DNA from: Octopus sinensis
Lineage: Eukaryota
Length of the DNA stretch: 64,000 bases
Direction: 5' to 3'
Assembly (NCBI RefSeq): GCF_006345805.1
Contig: NC_043006.1
Coordinates: forward strand, 36,828,001-36,892,000
Shown here in pieces: positions 24,917 through 38,319 of this stretch (within the stretch, counting starts at the first letter, position 1; each line of letters opens with the position of its first letter). The translations under genes were made by a program, and so were the position numbers. The notes under the pieces are model-generated. The model saw nothing but the letters and a program-made list of their open reading frames with translations, was not told the DNA's origin and searched no databases.

Positions 24917-25769
24917 TAGATGATGACAAAATTACTCTGGAAAACTATTAAGTATAGAACTGGAAATATTGGTCTATGTGAGTGTGATAAATATAATTAA
25001 ACACCTTTAGCAAGGTATGAAGGAGAGAGAGAGAGAGGCAGACAATATGAATGAGAGAGATAAAGAGAGTGGAGAACAATGATTTGATATGAAAGCAGAG
25101 GAACACGTTATGGAAATTATGACAACATAACAGATATTGTATTTGGAATAATATCCTTAACTTTTTGCGAGCTGTATCCTCAATATTTGTCAATATTTTC
25201 ATGAATAAATGAAACATCTAATGTACGTATTTGATGGCATATAAAACAATTTTTTTTTTTTTTTACAAAAAATAAAAGCCCCAAAATATATCATCCCGAA
25301 TCCTATACACGGAGTTTAAATATTACATGCTTTAATGCACTAAAAACTTTGTTTTCTCGAACATGCGCTGCTGAAATAGGGGGTGTATCTAATGCCTGTG
25401 CATCTTTTATGTCATCAAATACGGTATTAATTTTATTGTATAATAATACGAGTTGTGGAAATAGATACTTTAGCTTGTCAGACGACACCATTACACTGGT
25501 GACGGAAATAACGAAGGCCTTAATGTTGCAGAATCCCTCTAGACTCTATATGGTATTTTTGCCGTGACGGTCGCATATTTTTAGGATTAATATTTAATGT
25601 TTCTTTCCATTTTTTTTTTCCAGATGCAGTTTGTAAGAACTTGTAAGTTCCCCAGTTGACAATGTGCACAGACTCCATCTTTGTCTCGTTGTCATAAGAG
25701 TATGTTCACTATAAGAAATAACGATAACATTACATATCTATGGACACATGTTACTAGCTATATTAGAAG

Positions 25770-25863
25770 GGCGGAGGTAAAGAATATGCACGCCACCTGT
25801 TTTCGGCATAACCCTAACCCTAAGTGCCGAAAACGGGTGGCGTGCGTATTCTTTACCTGTGCC
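25770..25863. mobile_element. 94-bp hairpin MITE, GG termini, 8-bp TSD, telomere-repeat loop
   Basis: 39-bp arms, loop TAACCCTAACCCTAAG, TSD ATTAGAAG (25762-25769 / 25864-25871). Confidence 0.85.
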
Positions 25864-27983
25864 ATTAGAAGTATTAACTCATTGCCAACTGACAGTTATA
25901 GACCCTATACTTGTATGTAGAGATTATTGGATAGATTTACTATATATACTGGTCATGAACAACCTGTGGCCCGCTCGGTTTTCTGAATGGTACGCCTAAT
26001 GAAAACTTAGCTTGAATTTTTTTAGCAGTGCTGCCCGCTTCTCGAAAAAGTTGTCCGCGATTAATACTGTCAAATATCATCCATGCAACATAAATTTTTG
26101 ATTTCTTAAAATTATCTCTGCCTCTTGGGGATGTGTTATAATTACCAAATGGCAATTAAAGAGCAAGATAAGCTTAGTAAATCAAGCATTTATTTTGTAT
26201 GGTATTTGATGCAGCTGTATCTGTCCATGTTTTTCAAATACATGTCATTGACCACGATTAAATAATTTCTCTTGGTTCAGGGTTTCTATAGCGGGATTGA
26301 AGAGCAATTTGTTGCTGATTCCCTGCAAAATTATTTGTCCAAGGGTGAGAGACACGCACTGTTCTGAACGAGGGAATATAGACAATGTATATTAAGTGTT
26401 TCAGAAAAAGACATGATAATACTCGATGTAAAGGCAGACGACAATTATTTACAAAATTGATATTCTTTTTTCCGTCTTTTAGAATCAGTTTGAAGAACAT
26501 TGTATAACCAGAGCAATCCCAGCTTTGACTAACAGATCTTTTTTCCGAAGGCTATACCCAATATGCTATTTCCGTATATGAGGTACTATGGTCTGATATA
26601 AGAGAATTCTAGTTGCGATTCTTAGCAGATTCAGTAGCTACATAAAGTTTTTATTTGTTGTCGTAGTTAGCACAGAATTTAATGTAATGTTTTCTTCGCC
26701 GTGATAAGGAGCAATCAAAATGTTTCGAAAATGTGAAGATACAGGAAAGAAAAAAGAAGAAAGAAAGAAAGAGAGAGAGAAAACAAATCCGGGGACGATT
26801 TCAGGGAGGTAACTACGAATAGAACACATTCATCAGTTTGAATTATCGTTTCCTTTCCTGCAGAGGATAACAAGCATTTCTAAAGAAAATGGCTCGAGTC
26901 GTTCGACATGTTACAAATAGCAGCAGTCAAATATCCTTGCAACGAAACCCACGATCTTAAAAATTGTAAGGTCATAATAGATAATGATTTAACATGCAGC
27001 TTTGTATCGTAAAAAAGTGAAAGTAAATTGTGTTTAAAGTAACAATAGCAAAATCCATTAAATTTTGAATTTTCCAATGTGTGTGTGTTTCCGTGCGCTT
27101 GTATACCCCCCCCCTCCCCACACACACACACAGTGTACTGTTCCGTGATGGTAAGATCAACAAAAAAGTACTCCATCTTTTGAGAGATAAATATTATTAG
27201 ATAAACACAATACATATTTTCATGAGCTACTTATAGTTTCGTGTGATGAAAACATCTCATACTGCATTTTTAACACGTCTGGTGACTTCACGCAATCCTC
27301 GGGCTGTGCCCATATAGCATAACAAGCTAAAACAAGACGATAGGATGAGAGAAAAAAGGAGAAAAGGTGAGTATAAGTAGATATAAAAGGTGGTAGGTTG
27401 AAAAACCGGAAAAGAAAAAGAAAACAGCTTAATAATGTAAGTATTATCATTAACCAATACAAAGCTACAGTGTTTCGTCCAGCGGAAGACTGTTATAACG
27501 ACGTATCGTGTTAAAAACACAGCATAACTCAAGATTAGGCGAAACGTAATCGCCCCAGATTTGAAAGAGAGCGACAAATACTGATATTTCTTGGTCATTT
27601 CTGCTCGTCAGGGTCACACATTCCTCCACCACTACAACGACTCGCTTCAGCCAGCTACAGATATGTATACAAATACCGTAAAACCTATTTGCTGAAGTCA
27701 AAATAGTAAACAAAAAAACTCCAAAAAAAGAAAGAAAAAACAACGAAAAATGGATAGCTCAAAACATCATTATTGTATGTATGTATGTATGTATGTATGA
27801 ATGTATGCATGCATGTATGTATGTGTGTGTGTGTGTTTATGTATATGTATATATATATACACATGTTTACATATATGTGTGTATGCATATATACATACAT
27901 ATACATACACAATCATATGTACATATATATACACATACACACTCATATATATATATATATACACATGTATACATATATGTGTA

Positions 27984-28016
<33 letters not shown>

Positions 28017-29774
28017 CCATACACACACACATATATATATGTGTATGTGTGTGCGTACATGTATACACGTATATGCATACACATATACTTATATGTATAC
28101 ATGCATGTTATACACACACACACATATATATATATACGTATACATAATATATACATATACATGAATGTATATGTGTATGTGAGTGTGTGTTTTTGCGTGT
28201 GTGCCAAAGAGAGTGAGTGTGTGTGTGTGTGTAAAGTGAGGGAGAGTGTGTGTGCTTCTTTTGCGACCAGCTATCTAGTTCAGATCATTATAATACTTGA
28301 GTGAAATATTTTTATATCATCTGAATTTTGGACCTCCTTGTCAATCCAGGTTTCATGACACACTTTGAACGAAGTTGTCTAGCCACAAATAAAAACCTGA
28401 TCGAGAAGACCAAAAAGTTATTCCAACCAAGACTACCCCGTTTTCTTAGATATTATTTATTTCAGCTAACGAACAAATACATTCATCCTTAATTTATTCG
28501 AATCAATAGGTTGTGACTTGGGAGACTTGAAGCAACAATCTCTGGCAGGTCGAGTGACCCACATTAACGTCATGTATGTATACTAAGTATGATGGAAAAG
28601 TTTCTTAAGATGCGCAGAATCTATGTTTAGTCGTTGATGAATGAAACTTAGTTGTTAAGTCACAATTGACAGGCGTTTTTCAAGTTGTCTGGTGGTGGAA
28701 GGTGTGCTTGTGTGACGAGTGATGTTAAAGCTATCTGTGAATGAGATCTGCAGATGAAAATCAAAGATTGAATCGTCATTAGAATTTAGAAACTTAAGGA
28801 GATGTGAAATAATTCGATTAAGAGAGTGGAAATCGAAACAGATAAAACTCCTAATCCTTTCTGCTGTAGGAACAAGGCCTGAAATTTTGTGTATGTGTGT
28901 TGAAGAGGGCAGTCGATTAGACTGAGCCCAGTACGCACCTGGTACTTAATTTATCGAGATGGACAGGAATCCTGTTCGAGTGCCAGAACGAAATGTAAGA
29001 GAAGAAACAGGTATATGTGAATAAAGCATTTGAAGTTAAATATTTTATAGACCAGATTGACACCCGAAAATCTCACCTATCTACTTGCGATGGAAATGAC
29101 TCTTCAACTTTGAGTAATGTTATCAAAGAATTGGCCAGTGTAGAGAAGTAGTTTGGGGATGAACAGAATAAGGGAAAAATTGAGATAAGAGCTGTGTGGT
29201 AAAAAAAGCTTACATCTGGGGTTCAGTCCTACTGAGCGACACCTCGGGCAAGTGTTTTCTACTATAGCCCTAGGCGACCAAAGTCCTTTGAGTGAATTTG
29301 GTAGATAGAAACTGAAAGAAGCTCGTCGTTTACATACATACACACACACATACATACATACGTACATACATACATACATACATACATACATACATACATA
29401 CATACATACATACATACGCGCGCGCGTATGTATACAGAAATAATTAAGATTCATTTCAATTAGGTACTTTAAGTTGAGACACCAAGTCAGTCCGGTATGG
29501 TGCGCACAGCTCGAAGTTAGGCGAATAAAAAGCAAATAAGTATCAAGGATGTTCAGGTATCAGTGCATTACGGCCGTTTCAAGCGGCTCAATTTAATCGA
29601 TCAATGAAAACATTACATCAATTTGAAATAAACCGCTCTCCTCGGAAGCAGACAACCATATAGATTTCCAACATACAGGATACTCTATTATAATTTTTGA
29701 GCAAATTTTTCATAAGTACTCGATACTAAAATAATTACGTTGCTTCTGTTTGCTGTTTTTGTGGCACACACACA

Positions 29775-29848
<74 letters not shown>

Positions 29849-30792
29849 ACATAAATGTATAAGCGTGTCAGTGTATGTGTTTGTGTGTTCCCTTGCCAAA
29901 ATACAACGTGATGGTCGTAAATAAGTATTATCGTCATACAAGCGAGGTATCTAGTCTTCTGTGAAGAATATGTCTGGCCACAGGAGAAATATTACCTCGC
30001 ATGGAAAGTGAGGGTTTGACGAAAATCTACCTTAACAAATTCCGTCTGATCTATGCAAGCATGGAATAGTGGACGTTAAATGGTGAGGATGGTGGTGATA
30101 ATGGTGATGTCGGTATAATCGTTATATGCAGTCTCAAATATGTCTACATATGAGTGTGTCCATTAAGCGTACAGTCTCTGATGTTATGTAATTTTGTAAT
30201 GAAAGACAAGCTCTTGGGCTGTGGAGTGCACCGGGTGTAATTTGTGATCATTGTCATAAGATAGTTTGTACTTTTAATTTGAAATGTTTTAAAACAGACC
30301 AATCATATCTTGACGTTGTACTCACGATGAAAAAAATAAAAATAAAAAAACGAAACAAAGCAAATCAAGAAGTGGTTCCAACTCTGAGGATAGTTTTAAT
30401 TCGATAATTGTAAAACGTGACCAGCGATAATGATAAAGTCATTTTGTTGTTATTGTTGTGAAGCTCGTGATGGGATAGCTATGGGCGATCCCGTCTTTCC
30501 ACACACATTCTGTCTCATGCAACAATAAACAATATAAGCTTCATTTCTTCCGTCCTTCCTTCATTGATTCCTTTATTTATTTATCTATTTATCTTCACAT
30601 GTGTTTCAACTATGACCAACCTGTCTTTTCTGACATTTCAGATTACACCAATATTATAATATACTTCCTTTATCTATTTCATTCTTGACCCATTTTTCTT
30701 TTTCTTTTAAGTTTGTGATTTGACAATGTAGATATGCAGAAAGGTGTTACTGCAATGGCGTGATGGGCAGGATAGGGTACAGCTTAATATAC

Positions 30793-33700
30793 TGTTACGG
30801 ACCACCCTCGCTCAGTCGAACGGAGAATTCGTCACACAGAGGGGACCCGGTGGGGATGGCAGCGACGAACACGACAACCGGCGACCAGAGATATAACGAC
30901 AACAACAAACAGGAAGAGATACAGAGAGAGACGGCGGAAGGCAATTGGCTACATTTAACAACAGTTTATACAAATATTACAACAAATACAATGTGATACA
31001 TCAGGTACATCAAAGTAAACACAAGCAACAGAATCAACAGCATGCAAATGCAATATACAGTTCAGAGACAACAGTTCAAATCCAATTAAAACAAATAACG
31101 TTCACATTAACGATACAGTTCAATACATTAGAGTCTTTCTCCTTCTTTCTTTAACAGTTCTTTCTTTTTCCTCTCTCCTTCTTTCTCTTTTTTTCCAACA
31201 CATTAATTCTTTTTCCTTCTTTTTTTCACATATCAAAACATAATTAAACATATACCGTCAACAACAGCCAAGTGCCTTCATACCGTAGTCCCTCTCTCTT
31301 AGCTCTGTAATACTCTCTGCCTGTCTTCCTCTTTCACATTCTCTATCATTCTATCGCTTGTCGGCTCCTCAGATTCCCTGTCTGTCTTCCTCTTTCACGT
31401 TCACTGTCATCGCAGAAACTACCTGTCACTAACTCGCTCTGTCCCCAACTGTGTAGAGCTGCCGGCCGACTGTGTTTACAGCTCACAGTTCCTCCAAAAG
31501 TAGGTCGCAACCAACTGTCCTTAAATTGAACCATTCATAACACTATCTCCTACCTAAGCTTTGTCGACCCGACAAAAGCACACTAAACTCGTACCTCCGA
31601 GGGCGAGCTCCATCAGATGTTCCAGGAACTGGAGGTGTCCTTGGGTAGTTTCTCCTCCGGGGGTCTCGCCTGCCACGGCCACCACTTCACCACCGGCCAC
31701 AAGTTGGCATCTTCTCTCTGCGGCTTGGGTAACATCTCCGCCAAGGCTGCGAGACCTCCTACGAGCCGCCTACAATGGGCGCACCGTCTGGGGGAGTTCC
31801 TTAAATCCCTCACACAAGCAGGGTCCGGCTAATCCTTCACAGTGGCCACCTTCCTCAGGGCTCTATACCCCACGTAGCACCTTACTGTGCCGTCTCCATT
31901 CTGCACAACTAAGGCCGACGACCAGGGACCGTTTCGCCCTTTCACTGTTCCCTGTCGCCGATATCTCTTCTTTCGCTGCCGTACTGGGACCATCCTCCGG
32001 CCCCGCTGCCTCCTCGAGCGACGACCGCCCGGGTCGATGAAACGTTCTGCGTTTTCCACCAACACCCGAGTGCCAACCAAGCACCGGCGACTCCCTGTAG
32101 ACCGCCTCCGCAACTGCACAGGTAGACCACCATCTCCAACTGCCTCACTGTATTGGCAGAACTGGCCCTGCCGCTGGTTCACCGTCTGGCGCAGTTCCAC
32201 GATTTGCCCTCTACAAATCGCCTGCGCAGCCTTCAATAAATCGGCCGACCCAACCAGCGCTCTGTCAACTTCTGCCTCTACCAGGGTCCAGCCGACCCTC
32301 ACTTGGGCTTTCACTAGGCACTGCCTGTCGGGCTCCACTAGCCCCAAACAACCATCAAACACAAAGCTCACCCAACACTGGAGCAGTCTTCCTGGTCTTG
32401 GTAGACCTACCACCGTTCGCAGCCGTCTCGCCTCGTCACCAGGCTTGGTCCTCTTCCTCACCAGCTTCTGCACCGAAGGCTTCACAACATGCAAGTTCGT
32501 CCGACAGTCCTCTTGAGCGCCAAGAGACAGGGGCTCAGACACCAAAGGACTCACACACGGCACATCAACCGCAGCGACCACCCCACACACAGCCGGCTCT
32601 TCGGACTCAGCGACATCAGCTCCAGACTTCACCAGCTCTTCGTCCTGAGTTCCGGAGGACAGGGGTCGAGATGCCAAAGGCTCCATACACGGAACAACAG
32701 CAGCAGACAACACACATTCAGCAGGCTTTTCAGGCTTCTCCACATCAGACTTAGCAGCATTCGCCTCAGTTTCCGCAACACGGGGTTCTTCCAACCCACA
32801 CTCTTCACTATCCACTTCACTTGATGGGCAATCTCCGCCCACATGACCACTCTTATCCCCGGTCCAACACTGATCCTCCAGGGCTGACCCATCCATAACC
32901 TCAGGCTCTTCCTGATCTGCCCACAGGCCCTGTCGCCTCTTGTCCATCCTTTCCAAGAATGTGTTTGTCTGCGTCATCTGGCCCCTCAACATCTCTACAA
33001 TCAAGGCAAGCGAGATCTCTTCCTCTCCAGTCTGGCTGCCAGCTCGTGCCTCCATCGAACCCATAGCGAACAGCCGATCGACCGCAGCAATCAGGACAAT
33101 CCCACTTCTGACACCAGTTGTTACGGACCACCCTCGCTCAGTCGAACGGAGAATTCGCCACACAGAGAGGACCCGGTGGGGATGGCATCGGCGAACACGA
33201 CAACCGGCGACCAGAGATATAACGACAACAACAAACAGGAAGAGATACAGAGAGAGACGGCGGAAGGCAATTGGCTACATTTAACAACAGTTTATACAAA
33301 TATTACAACAAATACAATGTGATACATCAGGTACATCATAGTAAATACAAGCAACAGAATCAACAGCATGCAGATGCAATATACAGTTCAGAGACAACAG
33401 TTCAAATCCAATTAAAACAAATAACGTTCACATTAACGATACAGTTCAATACATTAGAGTCTTTCTCCTTCTTTCTTTAACAGTTCTTTCTTTTTCCTCT
33501 CTCCTTCTTTCTCTTTTTTTCCAACACATTAATTCTTTTTCCTTCTTTTTTCACATATCAAAACATAATTAAACATATACCGTCAACAACAGCCAAGTGC
33601 CCTCATACCGTAGTCCCACTCTCTTAGCTCTGTAATACTCTCTGCCTGTCTTCCTCTTTCACATTCTCTATCATTCTCTCGCTTGTCAGCTCCTCAGATT

Positions 33701-33973
33701 CCCTGTCTGTCTTCCTCTTTCACGTTCACTGTCATCGCAGAAACTACCTGTCACTAACTCGCTCTGTCCCCAACTGTGTAGAGCTGCCGGCCGACTGTGT
33801 TTACAGCTCACAGTTCCTCCTTTTTAAGGGGTGTTTTTCAACGAACTTTCTTTCACCTGTAAGGGTCGCAGGTCTCCCCAGAACTAATCAATCCACCTGA
33901 ATCTGACAGGACAATGGATTTATTCCAAAAGTAGGTCGCAACCAACTGTCCTTAAATTGAACCATTCATAACA
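30793..33973 (-). mobile_element. Non-autonomous Gypsy-type LTR retrotransposon
   Basis: LTRs 30793-31542 and 33119-33973 (TG..CA), 4-bp TSD ATAC, PBS TGGTGTCAGAAGTGGGAT complementary to the tRNA-Leu 3' end, PPT AGGTAGGAGATAG next to the left LTR. Confidence 0.95.
31829..33064 (-). CDS. Retroelement ORF (411 aa from first ATG): gag-like with decayed CCHC knuckle fused to RT N-terminal remnant
   Basis: CWTGDKSGHVGGDC knuckle variant; GPWSSALVVQNGDGTVRCYVGYRALRKVAT resembles Gypsy RT SPWSSP.V.V.KKDG..RFCVDYR.LN. Confidence 0.65.
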   Translation of the reverse strand: MGSMEARAGSQTGEEEISLALIVEMLRGQMTQTNTFLERMDKRRQGLWADQEEPEVMDGSALEDQCWTGDKSGHVGGDCPSSEVDSEECGLEEPRVAETEANAAKSDVEKPEKPAECVLSAAVVPCMEPLASRPLSSGTQDEELVKSGADVAESEEPAVCGVVAAVDVPCVSPLVSEPLSLGAQEDCRTNLHVVKPSVQKLVRKRTKPGDEARRLRTVVGLPRPGRLLQCWVSFVFDGCLGLVEPDRQCLVKAQVRVGWTLVEAEVDRALVGSADLLKAAQAICRGQIVELRQTVNQRQGQFCQYSEAVGDGGLPVQLRRRSTGSRRCLVGTRVLVENAERFIDPGGRRSRRQRGRRMVPVRQRKKRYRRQGTVKGRNGPWSSALVVQNGDGTVRCYVGYRALRKVATVKD

Positions 33974-34017
33974 ATACCATTAAAATAGCTACACGACTTG
34001 TCTAGCTTTCTGTATAT

Positions 34018-34122
<105 letters not shown>

Positions 34123-36154
34123 ATATATTTTGTTCAGGTGTTTGTGTTTCTAGTATTAAATGCTTTACAACTACTCAAGACTTGAGCTGTGCCGGAGTAA
34201 TTATTAATTGCAGTCCTTCACTCACTATAGAACATCGGCCATCGACGTCCTCTCTAAACTGTTCCCGACTTAGAGCTGTCTTTTCTTCTTTTCTCCAGTT
34301 GGATCCCTGATTTTCGCCTGCGCTACCTGTACCCTCCTCTCCTTTTCCCCGGGGAAAGGCCTTCCTCCTCCAGGTCTTGGTTTTGAATTGTCATCAATGC
34401 TTCCGTAACTATGATTTTTTTCTGGGTAGAGATATTGACTCTACGCAAACCCATTCTTACCTCTGACCTTTATCCTTTGACCTATCCATCATCAGAGGCC
34501 CTTCCAGGAGCTTATGCTCTATTGGTATTACTCCCAGGGTCCTTGGGGCACACAAGCCACCATATTGCCTCAGGGCCAAGACCCTTCGGTAGTAAGAAAT
34601 GGTGTGAAACATAACTATGAAACAATATGCTGTGAATGGGGCAAGCTTAGATATGGACAGTGTAGAGGTGTAGTGAGGTTAGTCGATTATATTACTTGAC
34701 TGGTACTTTATTTTATCGACACTGAAAGAATGAAAAGTGAAGTTGATCTCGGCGAAATAGTGCAAAGGATTTTCCAGATGCGTTGTTGATTATATTTGGA
34801 TTAATTTTCCTCAAGTAAATCTATCTTCAAAGATATTCCAGTCATAATCATTCGATTTTTTTTTACACCTCAAAATCCAAGAAACAGGCCTAATGAGCCC
34901 ATGGTTCTGGAAGGATGTTTGATTATTTTATATATTGAAATGTTACGATATTAATCAGAGATATTTATGTTAGCTTACATTAAATGTTTATAGATAACTG
35001 TGCGGGATTAACACAGCCAGAACGAGTTATTGTTAGTTGCTCGTTGTAGAGAAAAATGTAGATATTTATCAGGAATTTGCTCCTGGATATAGCATTTGTG
35101 TTGAAGCACAATACATCACTGGTTCCTGTTATATATTTAAAGATTCTAGGGACGACAGAGAGGGTATATTTAGAGTGTTGTTTCAGAGAGGCAGATCACA
35201 TTTTTGGTAGCATATCACTCCAAGTAATTTGATAACGCTAAGAATGTTTTCTAGCACATTATAATCTCCGACATCATTATTTTCTCTCATATTTCATGTA
35301 CATATTATTTAAAGACGTGTTTGTTATTGTTTGTTGTTTTAGCGTTTAATCCAAGGTCAGATCTTATCAAGGACATCTATGATAAATGACATTTCTCTAG
35401 TGATTTATTGAGGAATGTTGTATCAACAACTGCATTGTCCAGTGGGTTCTTTGCTTTTAAAGGAATAAGTTGCGATAAAGAAGAGATTTTATAGTTACTT
35501 TACTTGTGTAAAACTTTCACCCACTAATTTAGCATTAACTCTTGGTACATTTTTTTCCCTTTCATATTCAAACTTGGTATCAGCTTTGCTCTGTTTTTTT
35601 TTCAGTTGCACTCCGGCACTTTTTTCTAGTTAAAACTAAGAATAAAATAATGCATCTTATATACGTGTAAATACTTTTTTTTTTCCTAAAAGGTTTAACG
35701 ACAGCATTAAAGATTCTTCGATTGTATTTTGATGGTGATAAAATGTAGACTCATTGATGATTAGACCCCTTAACAAAGTGTGTGAAAGTTTCTGGGTCTA
35801 CGACCCAGCTTTAATGTTACTCTAGTTTAAAAGCTAACAAGTATGAACAAGAAAATCTTAAAAACTATAGACCAGAATATCTTTGTATGTTAAATATACA
35901 CCAGTCTTTTAAGCCGTTTTACAGTGGAGAGAGGGAGAGATAGAGACGGAGAAACAGAAACACACACAGTGAGAGAGAAAAAAGAGAATCATAGAGAGAA
36001 ATCAAGAGAGAGGCTATGCCTGTTGATGTCTTGATGATTGATAGACGGAGAAGGCGCAGTAAATGTTTGTTTCAGTTATGGAAATATGACGTCATAGTAG
36101 ATATATTAAAAATAAAAACTTTATCCAACTTCCAGAACAATATTTTCAATATTT

Positions 36155-36385
36155 ATTTGTTTACTACCCACAAGGGGCTAAACACAGAGGGGACAAACAA
36201 GGACAGACAAAGGGATTAAGTCGATTACATCGACCCCAGTGCGAAACTGGTACTTAATTTATCGACCCCGAAAGGATGAAAGGCAAAGTCGACCTCGGCG
36301 GAATTTGAACTCAGAACGTAACGGCAGACGAAATACCGCTAAGCATTTCGCCCGGCGTGCTAACGTGTCTGCCAGCTCGCCGCCT
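36155..36385 (-). mobile_element. Young tRNA-headed SINE family D (Meta-domain-like core)
   Basis: Minus: GGCGGCGAGCTGGCAG..GAGTTCAAATTCCGCCGAGGTCGACTTTGCCTTTCATCCTTTCGGGGTCGATAAATTAAGTACCAG; copies about 7785-8000, 41745-41965, 53830-54040, 56390-57165. Confidence 0.85.
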
Positions 36386-36390
36386 ATGTA

Positions 36391-38170
36391 TGAAATGTTC
36401 AGTACACAAGAGAATACCTATTTGTACACACTTACACATTATATATGCACAACGGCCCAGCTTAATATTGTTCTGTATTTTATCTCACACTTATGTCTGA
36501 TCTATTTCTAGCGCACTGATAGACTCATTTCCATGCTCTGTATTTTCTCTCACACACATACACCTTGTTTGTTCACCCATACACATTATTTTCAATATTT
36601 TCAATATTTGCCATTGTGTGTACAGTTACAGTTAACAGACATGTTGAAGTGTTAGGACCCTACCCTACACTTGACACAATATGGTCAGCTGATTCTAGAG
36701 AATACAGACTAACTATATTTATGTTGTGCTTTGTGAGAAACAGAAGTAAAATTTTATTATCGCATCCGCCCCACTTGGAGGGTGAAATTTATGGTTTACC
36801 CACGGTTTTTGATGTGATATGAACGAATCTGGTCATCGAAACCGTTTGAAGTCACTTGCTCTTTAGACTAATCAGCCCCTTCAAAATGTGACGGGTGTAT
36901 TAGCAAAGTGACCAAAGTACTTAACCTTTCTTTTTTATTGTGGCACTCCGTCGGTTACGACGACGTGAATTCCAGTTGATCCGATCAACGGAACAGCTTG
37001 CTCGTGAAATTAACGTGCAAGTAGCTGAGCACTCCACAGACACGTGTACCCTTAACGTTGTTCTCAGGGAGATTCAGCATAACACAGAGTGAGACAAGGT
37101 TGACCCTTTGAAATACAGGTACAACAGAAACAGGAAGAAAGGGTGAGAGAAAGAGTACAGGAGGGTTCGCTGGACAAATGTTTGGAACACATGCCTGAAA
37201 ATTAGTGGACAAAAGATTTACTAATACTTTTTTGAATGTGAAATTTATATCCGTCTCACTTTGAAGTTGAAATATTTGTTTTTCCCCTGATTTCCGATAT
37301 GTTTTGAAGGAATGTCACCAACAAAACCGTCGGAAATCAATCATTCTGTAGTAGGATCTGATATTGGCACTTGTTGGGTGCCTCACATTTCCTTACATAG
37401 TTGTAGAAAGGCAAAAATAGCAGGAACACGAATCTCCGAACAAATACCAATAATAATTTATTTTCGCCGAAATAAGTGTTTCATCTCTGGACATCCGTAG
37501 CCTCAACGCCTAGGGGTGGAAACAGCAGAGTCGGTTTAAATCACAATTGTTGAAGGCATTCTTCACAGCTTGCCTAATCGTATTCGCCTTCAACGGAACT
37601 TGTCTGATCGTGCCTGATTCTGTCGGCAGAAGGAAGCAAAAGGAAGAATAGCGGTAAAAGCTAGCTGCTGCTGATTACTGCACATGCACATAAGGGACTT
37701 CCGACAAGCCTTCCGGAAGACTAATACTTGCACATGCGTAGATGAAAATCCAAATTGGCGTCTAGAACCTGGCGTCACTACAAGGCTCCCCCTTGAATGC
37801 GAAGCACGAAAATATAAAGATTGTAGTGACGCCAGAAACAAAATGGCTACCGATTACCCACAAGATGTGGCACAAAATATGACAACTAAAAAAACAATGT
37901 AAGTACAATATAAATGAGCATGCACAAAAATAATTTTTTTTTTTCAAAAAAATGTTCACTAACAAAACACTGAAATGTTCAGTACACAAGAGAATACCTA
38001 TTTGTACACACTTACACATTATATATGCACAACGGCCCAGCTTAATATTGTTCTGTATTTTATCTCACACTTATGTCTGATCTATTTCTAGCGCACTGAT
38101 AGACTCATTTCCATGCTCTGTATTTTCTCTCACACACATACACCTTGTTTGTTCACCCATACACATTATT
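36391..38170 (+). repeat. 200-bp direct repeat (36391-36590 and 37971-38170)
   Basis: Copies read as identical. Confidence 0.9.
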
Positions 38171-38319
38171 GTATGTTTGACGGCCTGTCAATATTATTGT
38201 TCTTTATTACATGTGCCGTAGACACGAATACACAGACACACACTATTGTCACACATACGAACACCTGAATAAAACCTTTCTCTTAAACATTATACACATA
38301 CTCATTGTTTGTACTTATG

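Noticed and set aside
25300-25570. Short ORFs that might be a transposase fragment
   Set aside because: No diagnostic motif I can support
26864-26965. Plus-strand exon-like segment (CTGCAG..GTAAGG)
   Set aside because: Stops in all three frames
31561-33284. Several + strand ORFs inside the LTR element
   Set aside because: Antisense shadows of the GC-rich minus-strand ORF with no recognisable motifs
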